From a virus (Duplodnaviria > Caudoviricetes): a stretch of DNA of 29,229 nucleotides. The DNA lies in IMG/VR virus record IMGVR_UViG_3300020054_000927, positions 1 to 29,229 of that record; one strand, written 5' to 3'. The notes below the pieces were generated by a model. It ran no database searches. It saw only the letters and a list, made by a program, of their open reading frames with translations, and was not told where the DNA came from. Positions 25,101 through 29,229 of this stretch are shown here, piece after piece (the stretch's first letter is position 1; every line of letters begins with the position of its first letter). The translations under genes and the position numbers were made by a program.

Positions 25101-28100
25101 GCAGCAATCGTAGTATATGTTTCACGGAAATCATCAAACTGAATGTCGTAAGTCGATCCGCCCCAGCCACCGAAGTTTGTTCTGAGTAAGCAAGTCAATC
25201 CACCGTGGTGAACACCAGTACCAATTGGGTTCCAAGGAGCTTGTTCAGCGTATCCACGATAAATTTCGATCTCAGTGACAATATCCTGGTTGCCACCCCA
25301 CCATGTTACTGGATAGTAAGTATTTTCGTTACCATTGATAACAATATCACCAGCCCAATACTGAGCATTGTTAAAGTCAGATGTATCAATAGAATTAACA
25401 GTAAGTTGATTTAATCTTGTTGTGCCATTAGGATCTACATAGTAATTAGTATCATTGTTATCATACATAATCGGCGTTCTGAATTGACTGAACGCATATA
25501 CGATACGGTTAGTGTCAACTCTGAATGATTCATATTGACCAGGTGAGTAAGATCTTGTTCTTCGACCTGAATAATAGTTAAGATAAATATCGTTGCCGCC
25601 TTGTGCATCAATATGTAAATTACCACCGAGATAAATTCTACCAGCACCATTTACAGATTCTATTGTTGCAGCGTTTTCAACTCTAAGTTGATTTACTCTT
25701 GTATCTCTAAATCTTGAATCACCTGAACTTGAACCGAAGTAGTAAGCTGTGTTATTTCTGTCGTAGAAAATATTTGCTCTAACATCGTTCATGTAAGAAG
25801 TACCACCGAAGTCACCGTAGTATGAAGCATTATTTAAATCATAATATACAGGAGCACGCATATGTCTTGTTGCTCTGAATACTTCAGTTGCTACTTCAGC
25901 ATTATATTCTACTTGATCTCCCCAGAATACAAATGTTGCACCTGTACCATCTGGGTTAGCATCAGATACTCTTATCTCTGCATCAAATGCAGTATTAATA
26001 AATCCGATTCTATTACCACGAAGTGTTAATGTATTGTATCGTGAATCACTTGCTGGGTTTGAATAATATGATGTATCGTTTGTATCGTAGAAGATTGGAG
26101 CTCTCCAATCCTGAGAAGCAGTACCACCAACGCCGTGTAATCTACCATCGTTCGCAATATAAGACCTATCAGAACCATCTTGTCTGAACTGAACAATTCT
26201 GTTTGAGTTTCCGTTAGATACAATGTACCAACGGTTACTGTGCATCTGAATCTTACCTACGCCTGCCCCTGGGTTTCCTGTCCAACTTGAATTACCGTCT
26301 GAACGAATATCGGAACTTGTAATATTAATTGCATTTGCACCACCATTAAAGTCCCAGGTACCAGCAAGTGTAGCAGCGTTTAGATTTGATGTACTTGCTG
26401 GGTCAACATAATACCCAGTATTATTACTGTCATAATAACGGGCGAAATATGCATTATTACCATACACATTACTTCCGATGATTACTTCACCACTTGTATT
26501 GATTCTGAATCTTTCAGTACCCCAAGATTGATTTATATGACCGTGATTTTGTCTGATTCTGAATTGGTCGTCTACATAACCGAAACCAACTGACCAAGTT
26601 GTTGTATTATATCCACTTGAGAATAAGATAGAAGGTCGGTCAGTACCACTAGGTACGCTTTGAGCTGATATATCACCAACTCTAAATTCATGAACAATAC
26701 CCCAAGAGTGATTACCGTATTGGTTAATGGTTCTTGCTGCAGTATAGTTTCCTGGTGTTGAACCTGTTCTGTAAACAGAAAGAATATCTTGTGAAGGTCC
26801 ATCTTGAATATCTAATTGTTTAATTCTTGAACCTGAGTTAGGATCTACATACCAATTTGTATCGTTTAAATCATAGAAGATTGGAGTACGAAGTTGTCCG
26901 CGAATATCTGCTCGACCAGCATTGGTCAATCTCATTTGATATACGCCGTTTCCACCTCCAGCTGTAAATTGTAAATTACCACCTGAATTTGTACTTAGGT
27001 TATCTGGTGATTCGTAAATTTGCCATTGGTTACCACCGTTCCATTTAATACCTTCTGAAGGACCTGGATCGTTAATAGTTATTGCATTAATATTATTAAG
27101 ATTATAATTATTGAAATTCCAGTTACCAGCAACATTACTACCATCTTTAGGATCTACATAATATCCAGTATTATCTCTATCTCTTAATATTCTTGCATCT
27201 ATAATGTCGGCTGTAATATCATCAACAGTTAAATCGCCGACAATATTAACATCTCCACCAATTTGTACATCATCAAGTACTTCTAAATCATCAACTAATA
27301 AATTAGATTCAGCATTACGTCTCTTCAACATAATACCAGCAAATTGTCTTAAAGCACCACCTGAGTTGTAGTTCATTAAGATACGAATTCTTACATAGTA
27401 ACAGCCGCCTCCGTCAGACCCATTATATGGAGTATGAGATGTTGGAATAGTTGTATGATTTCTGTATGTTGTCCAAGAAGTTCCTGTATAGTTTGCACCG
27501 CCAACTACAAAGTATGTTGTACCTGTATTACCAGCAATTGGTCTCTTCTCACTATCATATCTTTCAATACCATAATAAACTAAACCACCTGAACCTGAAA
27601 TATACTTAACAGAAATTTCACCGTATAATTCTTCACCAGGAGCAACAGGAATTAAGTCAGAATAGAATGTTCTATAAGCAGATGTTTGTAATACATAAGA
27701 ACCTGCGAAAGGACCATCTGTTGTTCTAACATATTCTGATGTTGTGGTTGTAAGTGGGCTTTCATTAGGTGCCATTGCTTTAATGACACGCTTATCAAAA
27801 TATTCTGTTCCATCAAATAGTACTAAGTCAGCTCCGCCTGAACCGTATGTCTTAACAAGTTCAATATTTTCATTACCGCCATTAAGTACAATACTGCCTG
27901 CAGATAATATACCATTAAAGTGAGCATTACCATTATCAAGGTCAATACTTGCTCTTACATTACCAGAACCTACGAATACTAATTCATTTGGATTAGATGA
28001 ACCAAAGTATGAATAAGCAGCATTGTTATTGCCTGCCCAGAAGATACCCCAATTAGTAGCAGTGTTCCAAATCCAATGTGAATAATCTTGAGCTTCTAAT

Positions 28101-29227
28101 AGTTTATTATTATCACCATTGGAACCTGTATCCCAACCTTGTCTATAAATTCGACCATTAATCATTAATGCTCGGTTTGTATTACCTGCAGCTGGATTTA
28201 AGTAATATGTTGTATCGTTTGAATCATAATAGATTGGTGCTCGCATTTGATTTGTTGCGAGGAAATAACCATTTTCTGTTTCAGCTTGTTTATTACCATT
28301 ATAATAAAAATCAACACCTGCATTACGATCTGTTCTTATGACCCACTTATTATCGGTGTCGTTGTAAATACCTGCTTCATCAACTCCACTTGCCATGAAA
28401 TTCCATTGACCAGCAATAGAATAACCAGCCCAACCATTTCTGGTACCACCAACTTCCATTGTGGCATAATCACCTGAAGCAACATCCATATAATAGTTTG
28501 TGCTATGATCTAAATAATATCTTAATGCTTGAATTGCATTGAATCTTGATGTATTATTAGGATCTACGTAATAGCCTGTATTATTTGAATCATAGAAGAT
28601 TGGAGTACGTAATTGATTATTTGCTAGGAAGTATCCGTTTTCTGTTCTTGCTTGTTCACCGCCATTATACATCAATCTCATTGCGGCCTGACGGTCAGCA
28701 TACCAGAACCATTGATTATTTACATCGTTATAAACACCTGTTCGGTTGGCTCCATCATGCATAAAGACAGAACGATCATCAATACTAAATCCTGAATATC
28801 CACTTCTTGCACCGCCGCTTACAGCAAGTGAACCAAACGTTCCTGTAGGTTCTCTTAATACAACAGCGTTACCATCAAGCTTAATAGTATCCATTCTGGA
28901 TTCGCCAGCAAAATTGCCAAAGTAAGCAGTATTATCTAGGTCATAATAAATTGGTGAATAGGTAGCAGTATCAACTCTTAACGTACCAAATATTTGAGAA
29001 GTATAACCACCGTTCGAAGCACCTGACGAACCTGTGAAAGTACCCCATCTTTGTAATGGTGACCAAGCATTTGTACCAAGTGTTTGTGAAAGATATATTG
29101 GTACTCCACCGCCGTGGTCAAACTTGTGGAATTTATGAGCCCAGGTATTACTATTGTAATTACCTCTCATCATCAATCCGTTAGTGCTTGAGTTTGCTCC
29201 GCCAATATTTTCATTACCAACATTGAT
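22133..29227 (-). CDS. Giant long tail fibre/adhesin with C-terminal peptidase S74 intramolecular chaperone (5'-truncated)
   Basis: Frame stays open from 29176 to the window edge (INVGNENIGGANSSTNGL...), so the true start is outside. Gly/Asn/Tyr/Trp-rich with about 17 linker repeats. C-terminal WSDRRLKENI...IAQD...VNYDKI...IKDLKSEVDEL matches the S74 autocleavage domain and coiled coil (22133-22513). Confidence 0.9.
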   Translation of the reverse strand: MNVGNENIGGANSSTNGLMMRGNYNSNTWAHKFHKFDHGGGVPIYLSQTLGTNAWSPLQRWGTFTGSSGASNGGYTSQIFGTLRVDTATYSPIYYDLDNTAYFGNFAGESRMDTIKLDGNAVVLREPTGTFGSLAVSGGARSGYSGFSIDDRSVFMHDGANRTGVYNDVNNQWFWYADRQAAMRLMYNGGEQARTENGYFLANNQLRTPIFYDSNNTGYYVDPNNTSRFNAIQALRYYLDHSTNYYMDVASGDYATMEVGGTRNGWAGYSIAGQWNFMASGVDEAGIYNDTDNKWVIRTDRNAGVDFYYNGNKQAETENGYFLATNQMRAPIYYDSNDTTYYLNPAAGNTNRALMINGRIYRQGWDTGSNGDNNKLLEAQDYSHWIWNTATNWGIFWAGNNNAAYSYFGSSNPNELVFVGSGNVRASIDLDNGNAHFNGILSAGSIVLNGGNENIELVKTYGSGGADLVLFDGTEYFDKRVIKAMAPNESPLTTTTSEYVRTTDGPFAGSYVLQTSAYRTFYSDLIPVAPGEELYGEISVKYISGSGGLVYYGIERYDSEKRPIAGNTGTTYFVVGGANYTGTSWTTYRNHTTIPTSHTPYNGSDGGGCYYVRIRILMNYNSGGALRQFAGIMLKRRNAESNLLVDDLEVLDDVQIGGDVNIVGDLTVDDITADIIDARILRDRDNTGYYVDPKDGSNVAGNWNFNNYNLNNINAITINDPGPSEGIKWNGGNQWQIYESPDNLSTNSGGNLQFTAGGGNGVYQMRLTNAGRADIRGQLRTPIFYDLNDTNWYVDPNSGSRIKQLDIQDGPSQDILSVYRTGSTPGNYTAARTINQYGNHSWGIVHEFRVGDISAQSVPSGTDRPSILFSSGYNTTTWSVGFGYVDDQFRIRQNHGHINQSWGTERFRINTSGEVIIGSNVYGNNAYFARYYDSNNTGYYVDPASTSNLNAATLAGTWDFNGGANAINITSSDIRSDGNSSWTGNPGAGVGKIQMHSNRWYIVSNGNSNRIVQFRQDGSDRSYIANDGRLHGVGGTASQDWRAPIFYDTNDTSYYSNPASDSRYNTLTLRGNRIGFINTAFDAEIRVSDANPDGTGATFVFWGDQVEYNAEVATEVFRATRHMRAPVYYDLNNASYYGDFGGTSYMNDVRANIFYDRNNTAYYFGSSSGDSRFRDTRVNQLRVENAATIESVNGAGRIYLGGNLHIDAQGGNDIYLNYYSGRRTRSYSPGQYESFRVDTNRIVYAFSQFRTPIMYDNNDTNYYVDPNGTTRLNQLTVNSIDTSDFNNAQYWAGDIVINGNENTYYPVTWWGGNQDIVTEIEIYRGYAEQAPWNPIGTGVHHGGLTCLLRTNFGGWGGSTYDIQFDDFRETYTTIAAEVAHFGNQRGFVIWLRGGGSGGAIYHIRVKGRNYGPTVSYGSYDPGGNGSGVAPRTDTPQTVIQNRNHARGDDLYARNSYSYVYYDRNNTGYYFDGHSNSRWNSSDQNGYHTFNNYGLGVTGSYASTRLQLVFAMGSSYRPNSAGTSTANMYGIGWSHPNAGGLGGANQLNDHGMLIINNGGFRAAISSRAVFASDVRTPIYYDWNDTNYYVDPNGTSRLNSLLTNRIYPCYNDNTGIYIDYPTGNYGSIQVNGGGKGGWEGYSINGRYVFMSANNDECGIYNDIDNEWMTIWRRNGRTELFYNGTWEEYAQPGYMQARGSYRAPIFYDSNDTGYYYDPNSTSNAAGRQRGGTLYGPNPSWGQYLAVGTNGHWTGSYASVAVTNGNLHIDARSGYGTYINWYVGGTTWINGTLQVNFIYDRDNNSYYWDGAGVSSMNDIRANILYDRNDTAYYFGSGSGDVRGNNIRAWEFYADNWFRNYNSGEGLYNQSTAMHWYSDSSSRWRLYSTSSTSQILFTTSGNNSRGYVYADNSNNIGFLNAGGGWALRTNYGTTEIYGNGYASDFRAYIFYDRNNTGYFCDPNGRSRLSSIDYGNGSYYFRGGDWGWRHQTPYGWIQFGPANGGHAHVYTDRSNFYFNVNEMYMNGRSILKENYWNGSKYFGSDGAIYGTIFYDSNNSGYYVDPSSTSNMNVISNEGQYARWWEPKGVGGNSGNGAHAYRIFQEGGGWGYPYPDLRIAFHTGIKLGANASYEGTRIYDDYPMGTIRWQFNGGSGYSYQYTWNNLTGYHGIYSGINGAHFYPNNASYGSWRVQGSRNGWGGMQFDGNICLMMNQTVHGFYSTYYGWRLYLDGSVYTPGNVVAYWSDRRLKENIQELPRGEGLDTIMKLKPSRFNWKKEAEQVTAGVIEGGLEEVSVIAQDTQEVLPNAVVINKSGNGGKEKVIIDGEEVKDYLTVNYDKITPFLIQAIKDLKSEVDELREELKIERERNK
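23030..28970 (-). repeat. About 17 dispersed in-frame direct repeats encoding (R-A/T-P)-I-F/Y-Y-D-x-N-N/D-T-x-Y-Y-x-D-P-x-x-x-S
   Basis: Counted by eye in the translation. Nucleotide identity is visible, e.g. ATTTGAATCATAGAAGATTGGAG at 24107-24129 and 28583-28605, and TTAGGATCTACATA at 24456, 25428, 26838 and 27147. Confidence 0.9.
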
Positions 29228-29229
29228 GT

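Noticed and set aside
23461-26802. Short alternate-frame minus-strand ORFs nested in the fibre gene
   Set aside because: Ile/Leu/Met/Val-rich translations typical of off-frame reading of biased codons; no RBS evidence.
3149-28477. Plus-strand ORFs in the track (e.g. 3149-3397, 4485-4760, 11557-11955, 12729-13070, 18018-18485, 21762-22109)
   Set aside because: Antisense shadows of well-supported minus-strand genes, with no recognisable motifs or expression signals.
23030-28970. Fibre repeats as a CRISPR array
   Set aside because: Repeats are degenerate, in-frame, protein-coding and irregularly spaced by tens to hundreds of bases; no cas genes.
29168-29176. TTG/ATG at 29176 as the fibre start
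   Set aside because: The frame stays open to the window edge and there is no convincing RBS, so the gene most likely begins outside the window.
22133-29229. Diversity-generating retroelement or invertible shufflon acting on the fibre
   Set aside because: No reverse transcriptase or recombinase in the window, no repeat pair differing only at adenines, and all repeats are direct rather than inverted. Elements outside the window cannot be excluded.
1-29229. Stop-codon reassignment
   Set aside because: Core genes are full length in the standard code, and TAA, TAG (gp17) and TGA (gp16, tagD) all act as stops.

Overview
AT-rich segment of a T4-like (myovirus) phage genome holding the virion morphogenesis module, almost all on the minus strand. 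In transcription order (right to left): a giant repeat-built tail fibre (>2360 aa, truncated at the window edge, C-terminal peptidase-S74 chaperone); three small fibre-associated genes; a three-gene glycan/nucleotide-sugar cassette (GH130/GT91-like propeller, TPR-FkbM methyltransferase, HxGH nucleotidyltransferase-cupin) behind a consensus sigma70 promoter; an array of 'MAIK' paralogues with a constant N-terminal domain and variable C-termini; then gp13, gp14, gp15, an inserted tagD-like gene, gp16, gp17, gp18, gp19, gp20, two unassigned head-region genes, gp21, gp22, gp23 and a terminator. Two plus-strand genes converge from the left end; one has a transglutaminase-like Cys-His-Asp pattern and a membrane anchor. 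Seven exact TATAAATA late-promoter motifs were found upstream of genes. I saw no tRNA, CRISPR array, intron, intein or reverse transcriptase. All family assignments come from motif recognition by eye, not from database searches.
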